23,079 bases of DNA, taken from Gemmatimonadota bacterium (GTDB lineage Bacteria; Latescibacterota; UBA2968; UBA8231). Below the pieces are notes generated by a model. It worked only from the letters and a program-made list of their open reading frames with translations, ran no database searches and was not told where the DNA came from. Shown here one piece after another: positions 7,779-17,800 of this stretch (position 1 is its first letter; the number at the start of each line of letters is the position of its first letter). Made by a program: the position numbers and the translations under genes. The DNA lies in contig JAYOYH010000060.1 of the NCBI GenBank assembly GCA_038153405.1, positions 1-23,079 on the forward strand, read 5' to 3'.

Positions 7779-8915
7779 CTATTTGATGAGGTTTTTCTCA
7801 ATATACTCCCAGTTGATGTTCATGCCTAGGCCGGGGCGCTGCGGCACGTGCACGAAGCCCTGCTCGTCCATTGGTTCGCCGTGCTCGTGCAGATAGGGTG
7901 CCGGCTCGTCAAAGTCGATAAAGGGGTGCAGTAGGCCGCGCTCGTAGAACTCGCCGTTGTGCATAGCGCAGAGCGCGTGCAGGTTGCCGGGGCCGCCGCC
8001 GTGAATCTCGCAGCGCATGCCGAAGGATTCACACAGGTGCACCGTCTTCATCAGCGGCGTCAGACCGCCGACGTCGCCGACGCCGCAGCGGCTGATATCG
8101 CACGCACCGGCTTTGATCCACTCGGCGCGCACATACATCTTGCCCTCGCAGGTTTCCGGGCCGCAGATGGGCAGGCTGGTCTGCTCGCAGAGCCAGATAT
8201 AGGACGACATGCTGTGCTCGTCCATCGGCTCTTCCATCCAGTAGTAGTCTAGCTTTTCCAGGCCTTTGGCCAAATAGAGCGCCGCTTCGCGATCGTAGTA
8301 GTGATAGGGATCTAACATCAGCGGCACGTCGGGACCAACGGCTTCGCGCACGGCGGCGCAGGCTTCGATATCGCGCTTGGGATTGGGCGCTCCTTCGTAG
8401 GGCGGCTGCCAAGTGTGCAGTTTAAAGGCGGGGTAGCCGCGCTTCATGCACCACTCGGCAAAGCGCCCGTAGTCTTCTGGCGTGGCGAGCCCGCCTTCTA
8501 GATCGTCGCCGCACATGGTCGAGGCATAGGCCGGCACCTTGTCGCGATAGCCGCCGAGCAGTTTATAGACGGGCGTGTTGAGCGCGCGGCCGGCCAGATC
8601 CCACAGGGCCAGGTCGACGGACATGATCACCTTGTCTGACATCGTGCCCATATTGAGGCGCTGGCGATGGTTGAGATCGCGCCAGATTTTCTCGCGGTCA
8701 AAGGGATCTTCGCCGACAATGGCGGGTTTGATGACGCTCTCGATGACCTGTGCGTTGGTGCCAAACCAGTAGCCGCAGACATCTTCGTCGGTGGCAATCT
8801 TGAGCAGCGTTTGTGCCACTTCGCGTTCGGGCCCCGGGTGCCCGTGCCCATCCGTATCGCGCATCGTGCGTGAAATGGTCTTAAAGCGAATAACTTCTAC
8901 GTCGGTAATTTTCAT
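7779..8915 (-). CDS. Mandelate racemase/muconate-lactonizing enzyme family protein (enolase superfamily)
   Basis: Start ATG 8915 (MKITDVEV) after GGGGAGG. Motifs VDLALWDLAGR...PVYKLLGG, FKLH, metal ligands in LMLDP, WMEEP and GPET, then EIHG and C-terminal VPQRPGLG. Confidence 0.92.
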   Translation of the reverse strand: MKITDVEVIRFKTISRTMRDTDGHGHPGPEREVAQTLLKIATDEDVCGYWFGTNAQVIESVIKPAIVGEDPFDREKIWRDLNHRQRLNMGTMSDKVIMSVDLALWDLAGRALNTPVYKLLGGYRDKVPAYASTMCGDDLEGGLATPEDYGRFAEWCMKRGYPAFKLHTWQPPYEGAPNPKRDIEACAAVREAVGPDVPLMLDPYHYYDREAALYLAKGLEKLDYYWMEEPMDEHSMSSYIWLCEQTSLPICGPETCEGKMYVRAEWIKAGACDISRCGVGDVGGLTPLMKTVHLCESFGMRCEIHGGGPGNLHALCAMHNGEFYERGLLHPFIDFDEPAPYLHEHGEPMDEQGFVHVPQRPGLGMNINWEYIEKNLIK

Positions 8916-8963
8916 GGATGCCTCCCCTATTTTTAGTATATCGTCTGCGCATAGAAGGTGCTG

Positions 8964-8992
8964 AATATATTGCACTGCGGCCAGTGACCCAA
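8964..8992 (-). promoter_or_regulatory. Putative promoter for the enolase-superfamily gene
   Basis: Minus strand TTGGGT (8992-8987), 17-nt spacer, TATATT (8969-8964). Confidence 0.4.
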
Positions 8993-9092
8993 GGGTGAGA
9001 GCGGCGTTGGCGTGCGCGCTGCGATTGCCCTATCCTATCCCCAAGCATGCGTTGGCTTGTTGAAAAACGTTCGGAGAAAGAGACCAAAGAAC

Positions 9093-10052
9093 GTGAAGAC
9101 AGAGCCGCTCATTTTGGCCATTGATATAGGTGGCACGCAGTTTAGCTTGGCGTTGGCTCGTGGCGATGGACGCATCGTGCGCCGCAAAGTGGGCGCTACC
9201 AATCGCGCCGAGGGCGCTGAATGGATGATCGAGCAAATCCTAGTTGCTGCGCGCCAGTTAGTCGACGCGGCGGACGCGGCGGTTGGGGCCTGTGGCATCG
9301 GCTTTGGCGGACCGGTCGATTTTGCCGCGCAGCGCATTCTATCCTCTACGCACGTATCGGGCTGGGAGGGCGTTGCGCTGCCGGCGCTAATAGAAGATAG
9401 CTTGGGCGTGCCGGCCGTGGTCGAAAACGACGCCAACGTCGGCGGGTTGGGCGAATACGCCTTTGGCGCTGGCCGCGGTGTGCGCTCGCTAGTTTACTAC
9501 ACGATTAGCACGGGTATTGGCGGCGGCGTTATCGTCGACGGATTGATCTATCGGGGCGGCGATGGCAACGCCGGCGAATTGGGCCACTGTCCCGTCGTGC
9601 TGGATGGTCCGCTGTGCGACTGCGGGAACCGCGGCTGTCTCGAGGCGCTGTGCTCGGGCAAGTCCATCGCGCGCCGTGCGCAAGAGGCCGCAGCGGCCCA
9701 TCCACGCCGAGCACGAGTGCTGCGCCGCATGGCATCAGACGGTGAAATTACGGCGCGCGTTGTATTTGCCGCCGCGCGTGTCGGCGATAAGTTGGCGATG
9801 GAGTTGGTCGAAGAAACGTGTAGCTATCTGGGTATGAGCATGGCCAGCGCGATGAACGTGCTAGCGCCGGAAGTGATCGTCGTGGGAGGCGGGGTGAGCA
9901 AGGCGGGGCGCGGGCTCTTGGTGCCGCTAGTAACGCAGGCGCAGCGCTTTCTCATGCCCGTGCATAGGCCGCACCTGAATATTCGCCTAGCGCGCTTTCC
10001 GAGTCGCTCGGTGATTATGGGCGCTATCGCTCTTGGGCGCGGGCTGCTCTAA
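9093..10052 (+). CDS. ROK family sugar kinase (glucokinase-like)
   Basis: Likely GTG start at 9093. Motifs AIDIGGT, VENDAN, STGIGGG, GELGH and Zn motif CDCGNRGCLE. No N-terminal HTH, so kinase rather than repressor. Confidence 0.9.
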   Translation: MKTEPLILAIDIGGTQFSLALARGDGRIVRRKVGATNRAEGAEWMIEQILVAARQLVDAADAAVGACGIGFGGPVDFAAQRILSSTHVSGWEGVALPALIEDSLGVPAVVENDANVGGLGEYAFGAGRGVRSLVYYTISTGIGGGVIVDGLIYRGGDGNAGELGHCPVVLDGPLCDCGNRGCLEALCSGKSIARRAQEAAAAHPRRARVLRRMASDGEITARVVFAAARVGDKLAMELVEETCSYLGMSMASAMNVLAPEVIVVGGGVSKAGRGLLVPLVTQAQRFLMPVHRPHLNIRLARFPSRSVIMGAIALGRGLL

Positions 10053-10891
10053 CCGCCCGTTGTGCCAGATAGCCCTAGCAGCGCTCTCGCTTCGTCGCAG
10101 GTGGCCACTTCGCGCTGCAGTTCGCGCGCTAGGCGCACGGTGCGCTCGACAAACTGCGCATTGCTGTCGGCCTTTACGCCGCGCGACAGGTAGACATTGT
10201 CCTCAAAGCCGACGCGCACGTGCCCGCCCATTAGCAGGGCGTGGGTGGTGATGGGCAGTTGCAGGGGACCGGGGGCCAGCACCGACCACTGCGCACCGGC
10301 CGGCAGGCGGTCGCTCATATCGATCAGCGCGCGCAGCGTCGCTTCAATGCCCCAGCGAATCCCCAGACACAGCTGAATCCACGGCGGATCGGCGACGAGG
10401 CCGCGCTCGATCAGATCGTTGGCCTGGCGCAGTTGGCCCAGGTCAAAGACTTCGATTTCGGGTTTGATGCCGGCATCGCGCATGCGCTGTGCCGCGCGAT
10501 CGACCCAATCGGGCGAGTTGATAAAGACGCGGTCGCGAAAGTTAAGGGAGCCGACGTCGAGCGAGCACAGGTCGGGGTTGAGCGAGAGCGGATCGAGGCG
10601 GCGCTCGTCGGCATCGGGGCCGATAATATTAAATCCACTGGTCGTTAAGTTGATCAGCAGATCGCTCTCGGCGCGGATGCGCTCGACGACTTCGGCAAAG
10701 AGCTCCACGCGCGAGTCGGGGGCGCCGGTTTGCGGATCGCGCACGTGGATGTGGGCGATAGAAGCGCCCGCACGCCAGGCACCCAGCGCCTGCGCGGCGA
10801 TCTCTCCTGGCGTGTAGGGCACGTTGGAATTTTGCTCTTTGGTCGGCACCGAACCGCAGACGGCGGCGGAAATAATGAGGTTGTCGCTCAC
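10049..10891 (-). CDS. Beta-keto acid cleavage enzyme (BKACE/DUF849, 3-keto-5-aminohexanoate cleavage enzyme family)
   Basis: Likely GTG start at 10891 (or 10897), just after the upstream stop at 10903. Motifs LIISAAVCGS...NVPYTPGEIA, AGASIAHIHVRD, SLDVGSLNF, KPEIEVFDLG and GGHVRVGFEDN. Confidence 0.9.
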   Translation of the reverse strand: MSDNLIISAAVCGSVPTKEQNSNVPYTPGEIAAQALGAWRAGASIAHIHVRDPQTGAPDSRVELFAEVVERIRAESDLLINLTTSGFNIIGPDADERRLDPLSLNPDLCSLDVGSLNFRDRVFINSPDWVDRAAQRMRDAGIKPEIEVFDLGQLRQANDLIERGLVADPPWIQLCLGIRWGIEATLRALIDMSDRLPAGAQWSVLAPGPLQLPITTHALLMGGHVRVGFEDNVYLSRGVKADSNAQFVERTVRLARELQREVATCDEARALLGLSGTTGG

Positions 10892-10902
10892 GCGCACACC
10901 GG

Positions 10903-12891
10903 TCAGAACACGATGCTCGAAACGGCTTTGGAGATCAGCGCCAAGGCGATGGAAGACATGCCGACCAGTCCCATGCCGCACGAGTAGCCGGCCAGTAGAA
11001 TCGGCGTGTAGGAGCGCCAGGTCTGCTCGCCAAAGCGCCGTTCGAAATAGTAGCGGCCCAGCACGGCGCCGATAAAGTTGGGCAGCACGAAGTGCGGCCA
11101 AGTGCTGACGCCGCCTATAAAGCCGTAGAAGATGGTGATCGGCCACTTGAGCAGCGACAGCAGGCCGAGTATGGCCCCGCTGGAGGCGACGCCGACGAGG
11201 ATGTAGTCGAGGCGAATAATGCTGCGTATGAGCTCGTTGCCGCCGTCGGCCAGCGTGGACTTGGCCCAGAAAGCCTGCATGGTGGCGTGGAAGGGCCAGA
11301 ACTTTTGCACATAGGGAAAGGCCGACGAGGGAATGGGGCCGAGCTTCCAGATAAAGGACCAGAAAATAAAAGAACATACGAACATGATGAGCAGCGTTAC
11401 GGCGGCCAGTTTGACGACGCTGCCAAAGCGCGTGCGCGTCAGCTCTAGTTGTTTGAATACTGCCGCCTCGTATCCCCAGTTGAAGAGGGGAATGGGCGCG
11501 AACCACACGGCGGCGCCCTGATAGCCCGACAGGTAGAACGAACCTTCGCGCAGGTAGGGAAAAGACACGCCCTGCGGTGAGCCGGTCAGGCCGATCATGC
11601 GCGCGCCGATATAGGAGTAGATCGGCGTCCATACGAAGCCGAAAAAGGCACTGATCCACCAGGGGAAGTTCGGCACGAGAAAGTAGACGAGGGCGATAAA
11701 GCCCGCCGTGCTAACGGCCCAGATGCCCAGCGCCACCGGAATGGGAATATCGCCGCGGTCTTTGGGTCGTTCCTCTACTAAGCCTGCGCGCCGCGCGTCG
11801 CGCAGGTTCCACATAGTGCGGCCCACCATAGCAAAGCCCATCAGTGCTACGACAACGGCTCCGCCGATGGTAAAGCTGAGCCAGAAGTCAAAGCTGTTGG
11901 CTATTTGCGTGGGGATGGCCGACATGCCGGGTTCCCAGGTGTGCAGGACGTCCATGCTATACAGGATCGGGTTGACCAGCACGTTGACGAGGATGGATGC
12001 GGCAAACGAGCCGACGACGATCCAGAAGGGTAGGACAAAGCCGATGAGCACGTTGCCTAAATCGGTGCCGATCCCCATGATACCGGCCGGCAGCAGCTCT
12101 TTCATTGAGACGGTTAGATCGATAAAGGGAATGGGCAAAATGGTGACGGTCTGGGTGAGGAAAATACCGGACACGGTGGGGATGACGACGTAGAACAGGC
12201 CCCAGATAATGCCGATAAAGGCGCCGATGCTAAAGATTTCCCAGCGCCATCCTTCGCGCTCGCCGTAGCTTTCGGCCAGAGCAGTGGCGCCGCCGGCCTG
12301 CACCGCCGCCATAGGATAGGGCAGCTTTTCGATGTCGTTGGTTATGCGGAAGAGCACGTAGCCCAGCGAGAGGCTGTTGATCTTCTGCATGACGATTACG
12401 GTCAATAGCAGGGCGATCGGCTTGACCCAGTCGGCGTGCAAAAAGGAGCGGCCGCTCAGCGCAGGTGAGTCGCGCGGCGGCACCACCCAGTCGGGAATGT
12501 ATGAGTGCAGGCCGTCGGCCTGGGGCGATTGAATCAGGTACTGGTCCCAGATCAGGCCGCCAAAGGGGCCGCCGAACAGGTCGGCGCCGGTGCCCAATTT
12601 GCCGCCCATCGTCACGAGTCCACCGGCCACCCAATAGAGAATGATGACTTCTTGGGGGCGCAGGCGCACAAAGGAGCGCTTGGCAATCTCGATGAAGAGA
12701 ATCAGCGTCACCCACTCGGCACCGCCGGCCATGGATTGGCCGGTTACTAGGCCGAGGTAAATGGCCCCCGGCAGCATGATAAAGCCGACAAAGAGCGCCG
12801 CCCACAGCGTTTTGATATTAAAGCCGGGTTCAAACTGCAGGTTGTCTGGGATCAGGCGGATATCCGCGTCGTTTGATTTTTCTCGTGCCAT
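10903..12891 (-). CDS. OPT/YSL-like polytopic membrane protein (putative peptide transporter)
   Basis: 662 aa with many TM segments. N-terminal GAIYLGL and the EKLPYP...ATALAE motif resemble OPT-family signatures. Confidence 0.7.
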   Translation of the reverse strand: MAREKSNDADIRLIPDNLQFEPGFNIKTLWAALFVGFIMLPGAIYLGLVTGQSMAGGAEWVTLILFIEIAKRSFVRLRPQEVIILYWVAGGLVTMGGKLGTGADLFGGPFGGLIWDQYLIQSPQADGLHSYIPDWVVPPRDSPALSGRSFLHADWVKPIALLLTVIVMQKINSLSLGYVLFRITNDIEKLPYPMAAVQAGGATALAESYGEREGWRWEIFSIGAFIGIIWGLFYVVIPTVSGIFLTQTVTILPIPFIDLTVSMKELLPAGIMGIGTDLGNVLIGFVLPFWIVVGSFAASILVNVLVNPILYSMDVLHTWEPGMSAIPTQIANSFDFWLSFTIGGAVVVALMGFAMVGRTMWNLRDARRAGLVEERPKDRGDIPIPVALGIWAVSTAGFIALVYFLVPNFPWWISAFFGFVWTPIYSYIGARMIGLTGSPQGVSFPYLREGSFYLSGYQGAAVWFAPIPLFNWGYEAAVFKQLELTRTRFGSVVKLAAVTLLIMFVCSFIFWSFIWKLGPIPSSAFPYVQKFWPFHATMQAFWAKSTLADGGNELIRSIIRLDYILVGVASSGAILGLLSLLKWPITIFYGFIGGVSTWPHFVLPNFIGAVLGRYYFERRFGEQTWRSYTPILLAGYSCGMGLVGMSSIALALISKAVSSIVF

Positions 12892-12898
12892 AGGTGCG

Positions 12899-14818
12899 CT
12901 AATTGCCGTAGAGCGAGTGGCCCTGGCCCGGGAAAAAGGCCATGTCGATTAGGAACGAAAAGCCAATGGCGGTGAAATAGCCCATGATCAAGCCAATGAA
13001 AAAAGGCTGTGCCTTCTGGTAGAGTCCGATGCCACCCGAGCGCATGATGGCCCACTTGGCCAGCCAGGATACAAAAATGGAAAATACGATGATGGTCATC
13101 GGATACGAGCAGACGCCCACCGGCATGCCGATGGGGTGCAGTGGCCACCACGGGAAGCGATAGCGCATAAAGGTTAGCGCCCCCATGATGCCGCCGCCTA
13201 TGCCCAGGTGCATCAGGCGCGTCCAGTCGGGCGCGGTTAGGGCAATTTTGCGCAGGCTCTCGGCGTAGGGCACTTTCGAACCGTCACCAAAAATCCAGCC
13301 GCCGTAGTTAAAGGCGCCAAAGGAATAACCCATGTAGAGGATAAAGGCCATCGATACGACCAGCGCTACGAGGGCCGCGGCCATAACGCAAAAAGTGACG
13401 GTGCGTCGGCTGAACTGTATATGGTCGCTTATCTTGGCGCTGTTGGCCGAGGCGACCATAAAAAATCCCTTCAATTCGTGGTGCCAGCCATAGGAAAGTC
13501 CCAGAGCTATATTGCTCTCAGGGCCGGCGTAGGGACCCAGCGTGTAGCCGACAAAGGTTTGGCCGACCAATGGTGCGCGCGAAAAAAGCAGGCCCCCTTC
13601 CATGACGATGCGCGTAATGCCCGTATAAAGTATGAGCGTGGCGAGAATAAAGAGCACGAGTGTAGCCACCGACATGCCGGAACGATACATCCAGAAGGCG
13701 ATGTAGAGCAGCGCCAAGCCGCCGCCAAAGACAATGCCGCGGTAGGACATCAACTCATTGCTGTCGTCGATCTCATCGTCGCCGCGAACGGCCTTGCGCC
13801 ATATGTCGCCGAGATGGCCGCGGGCCATCCATAGCATATTGGCCACCAGCACGACCATCGCGCCAAAGGATTGCCAACCGATGGCCGGATGGCCACCCAG
13901 CGTGTAAATGTCTAGGCCGGGGAGCGAGTAGCCGAAGCGGTTAAAGCTGCCAATTTGCAGCATGGTCAACACGTTGAAAAACCACAGGCTAAACGATACG
14001 TCTAAGTTGACGAAGTAGGTAAAGCCGACGATGGCCCAATTGATATTGGTATTGATCGCCGGAAAGTCGCGGCCGATGCGAATAGGGTCAGATAGGTCGC
14101 GCGGTATGGGCGGGAAGGCCGGCGTGAAGTAGGTGACGACATTCCACATAACTATGAAAAATGGGATGCCAAAGCCCACCCAGAACGCCGTTTTGCGCAC
14201 GAAGCCAGGCCAGTTGGATCCAGGAGGTGGTTCGATGAGTTGGCGCGGCACTTCCATCAAGGCGTAGGGCAGGCGCTCGTGTTCGACCCACTGTTTGCGC
14301 AGGGCCGCCACGAGGCAGTGGCAGAGAAAAAAGATGGCGATGACTAGGCTCGTCCACCAGAATAGCGGTACAATCCACGCGCCCCAGGGAATGGATTCGC
14401 CGGCCGGGATGCCGTTGTAGAACCACTTGAGGGCAATGTCGTCGCGCGGCATCAGCCAGTCCTTGGCATACTGCAAGACCTTGTCCTGCCACTGGTTTTC
14501 CGGTGAGGCGAAGAATTTGGGCGCGGCGATAACGGCGATCATATAGGTCGAGGTGCCCCAAGTGGGAATAGAGGCACCGACCATGGACATGACAAAGACA
14601 ATGCCCAGTTCACTCGGCGCGAGACCGGCGATCCGAAAGGCCGATTTGAGTGCGGCGTTGGCAAAGACCAGCGCGGTAAAGAGAAAGACCACGCTCAGCG
14701 GCAGATAGCTGATGGCCCACTGCGACGATTTCAGCACAAACATGCTGTAGGGCGCACCGACGTTGATCAGCACGACCATAAAGAGGCCGATGAGAAAGGC
14801 GCGCAGCGGAAAGATCAT
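12899..14818 (-). CDS. DUF6785/DUF6784-like polytopic membrane protein
   Basis: 639 aa, highly hydrophobic. LRKQWVEHERLPY and C-terminal RYRFPWWPLHPIG...PFFIGLIMG match my recollection of these DUFs. ATGA overlap with the upstream gene. Confidence 0.7.
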   Translation of the reverse strand: MIFPLRAFLIGLFMVVLINVGAPYSMFVLKSSQWAISYLPLSVVFLFTALVFANAALKSAFRIAGLAPSELGIVFVMSMVGASIPTWGTSTYMIAVIAAPKFFASPENQWQDKVLQYAKDWLMPRDDIALKWFYNGIPAGESIPWGAWIVPLFWWTSLVIAIFFLCHCLVAALRKQWVEHERLPYALMEVPRQLIEPPPGSNWPGFVRKTAFWVGFGIPFFIVMWNVVTYFTPAFPPIPRDLSDPIRIGRDFPAINTNINWAIVGFTYFVNLDVSFSLWFFNVLTMLQIGSFNRFGYSLPGLDIYTLGGHPAIGWQSFGAMVVLVANMLWMARGHLGDIWRKAVRGDDEIDDSNELMSYRGIVFGGGLALLYIAFWMYRSGMSVATLVLFILATLILYTGITRIVMEGGLLFSRAPLVGQTFVGYTLGPYAGPESNIALGLSYGWHHELKGFFMVASANSAKISDHIQFSRRTVTFCVMAAALVALVVSMAFILYMGYSFGAFNYGGWIFGDGSKVPYAESLRKIALTAPDWTRLMHLGIGGGIMGALTFMRYRFPWWPLHPIGMPVGVCSYPMTIIVFSIFVSWLAKWAIMRSGGIGLYQKAQPFFIGLIMGYFTAIGFSFLIDMAFFPGQGHSLYGN

Positions 14819-17800
14819 GCCGATACCTCTGCCCGATTAAAGGCGCCGTCGACTCTGCCCTGATAGTCTTCGCGAATGCCCGCTGGCAACGTGCGCCATA
14901 CGAGAAAGCGTTTGCGCAGCACGTTGAGAAAGTTGCGGTTCATGCGCTGCCACGAAGCGATGTCGCCGCTGAGGCGACCGATATGTACTTCGATCATGTA
15001 GATGTTGTGTTCGCCGGTGGGAATGGCGTGTAGCGTTACGTCCTGGCTGATGCCCAAGTCATAGGGTGCCAGCCAGGCTCTCATGGCAATAGCGTAGGCG
15101 GTGCCGTCTGAGGTCTGCGTCGAACGGAGTGCGACATCGCGCGCGATAAAATCGCCGACGGAGCCCTCGCCATAGGCGTCAAATACCGTCTTCAAATAGA
15201 CATACATGCTCGGCACTTCGGCGCCGCCGACCGTAAAGGGAAAATCAAAGCGCCAGTCATCGCCCTGCGGAGGTGGGAAACGCCACTGACGGGTCACGTC
15301 AGGGACGGCCATATTGGCGGCCAAGCGCGCAGGGTAAAGCGTCGAGATGTAGACCGTTAGAATAACGATGATCGTAGCCCAGACCGCCGATAGCGACGAG
15401 TAGTTAAGCGTCAGGCCGCTGAGCAGTTCGTACTGCACGATAAACAGATAGGATACCTGGCCTAGCAAATAGCCGGCAACGGCGCCAAAGGTAGCAAAGA
15501 CCGTCGACTCGGCGAAAAACAGCATGCCGATATGGCTCGGAGCTAAGCCAACGACGCTGTAGACGCCAATTTCTTTCGAGCGCTCATAGACGGCTCCCGT
15601 CATGGTATTGACGACGATAAGGGCTGCGATGAGCACTGGAATAAAGAGCTGTCCGGCGCCGCTGATCTCCGTGGATCCGATGGAACTGTAGACGACTACG
15701 CGGTCCTTTTGGCTGACAAAGAGCGTCAGCGCCACGCGCGTCATAAAGGATTCGACGCGTTCGACAAAGGCATCGGTTGTGCCCGGAGGAGCGGCAATGG
15801 CGATCGAACGCAGTTGCCCCTCCATTTCCAAGACGATCTCATAGGGCATAAACAGCGCGTTTTCCGGCGCCAAATGGCTAAAGCTCTCCAACGGGGCCGA
15901 GGCCTTGGTTCGCGGGTCTTCCGTTGCCTCGCGCGCGATAAGGCCGGCATCGGTAACCGTGTCGACGGGCGTTAGTGACTCACCGTCGAGATCGTGCAGC
16001 GCGGCTAAGCGCTCGGAATCAAACAGGCCGATCACGGTGTAGTCTTGGGCGAAGAGGCGGACCTGAGCTCGGCCAACGTCTTCGGCTTCAATGCCGAGCA
16101 GGGCGGCCAGTTTGTCGGGCAGGAGCACGACGTGGCGCTCGTCTGCGGCAAAAAAGCGTCCGGCCGTCAAGTATTGATCAATGCCGGTAACGCGCGGCTC
16201 GTCCGGGTGGAGGCCGACGATGCCGTGCACAAAGCTGCTCTTGCTCCTGTCGGGAGACTCGATGTCGATATAGGCCTTTTCCGACTGCACCTGCGATAGA
16301 TACCAGGCGCGCGGAACGACCAGCGCATCGGCGGCAAAGGCGCTGCGCACGTAGTCGAGCGTCGATAGCTGCATGCCGCGCCACGCTCGTTCGCGCACTA
16401 GCGCCCCCTCGTACTGCGGCTTGGTATCGCGCGGCAGGCGATAAAAATCCAAGCTTGATTTGACGGATGTAAAAGAAGACACCGTAAAGGTCAGCAAGGT
16501 CAGCGTGATGGCTGTCAGCGCGGTGCGCAGGCGGCGTTTGCTGAGGTTGGAAATGCCGAGCAGGATGGCGGCAAAGCCGGCGCTGACGCGCCCGACATCG
16601 GTTTCGTGCATGCCGGCGGCAGCGCCCTTGCGCTTTTGCAGCATGTCCTTGAAGCGCCCGATGACGATAAAGACGACCAGCAGGCCTAGAGCTAGGATGA
16701 CAAAGGCTAGGAAGATGATGTAAGGAGAAGAGCTAAGCTTGAACGCGGGGTGCAGCCAGCGCAGCACGAGAAAGATGCTGATGAATATGCCAGCAAAGGC
16801 GATGATCTGCTTGCGAATTTCCGGATAGCCAAAGAAAAAGCGCTCGCAGAAAAACGAGAAGGGCAGAATGAGCGCAAAGTAGAATATAACGGCGCGCACC
16901 GTGTCGTTGGCCGTCGACTTAACCTCCGGATAGATGCGTGCCTCGACGCCGAGGGCGCGGCGCACGGCGCTCTTGTATTCGCTGTAGTTGAGGTCGGCCA
17001 GATGGCGCTCGGCTTCGAGCAGCGCCGATCTGGCGCGCGCGTGCATTTGCTGCAGCTCTTCGACGATGATTCCGTGGCGCTCTAATTGTTTAATGCGCGC
17101 CTCGTCGATGATCCACATATCGCGGGCTGCCTGTAGCGACGGGTGAAATAGCACGTTTTGCGCTGGGTCAAAGCCGCGTCCCTGCGCGCGCTCGATAACG
17201 CTTAGGTCGACCGTAGACGGATCGAGCGGTTGCTGCAAAAACGCTCTGTCGGCATTGGTTAGCATAAAGCGCACGCCGGCCAGCGCGCTTTCGCCGCCGA
17301 AGGCCCCTTCGCCGGCGAGGATCTTAACGCGGCTGTCCTTTTCGGCAAAGACGACACCGGCCTGCACCACGCGGTCGGCGAGGCCCGACTGGTTTTCAAT
17401 GTAGCTGAAGCCGAAGGAGCGCGGCGCCGCGTCGTTGCTGCCGAGCACGTTGATGCGGTCCATGGCCGATAGATAGCGCGGGTCGACCACTTCCAAAAAG
17501 CTGAGCGCTTCGCACTTGAACAGCACCTGCATCATGCGATTTTCCCACCAGCCGTAGGGCTGCATGCCGGGGTAGGTCTTGTCGCCCTCTTCACCTAGGT
17601 CGGGCGCCGAGACAATGCGTCCATCGCCATCCAGTTCAAAGGCCTGTATGCGGTTGGAGAAACGGTTGCGCATGATATCGAAGCGAAAAAACCCCGCCGA
17701 ATCGCCCTCGCTGTGCGCGCGCGCGGCGATGAGCGTGCGCACGCCGGCGATTGAATTAGGACCGGGCTGTAAGTAGGTGACGAGCGCATCGGCTACCGGC

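Noticed and set aside
8916..9092. Track starts at 8975 (enolase family) and 9012 (ROK)
   Set aside because: Family homology begins at 8915 and 9093; the region between is better explained as a divergent promoter region.
10892..11659. N-terminal 256-aa extension of the 536-aa ORF (possible BKACE fusion or frameshift product)
   Set aside because: Arg-rich off-frame read of the OPT-like gene's 3' end. BKACE homology starts only at about 10891 and I saw no slippery site.
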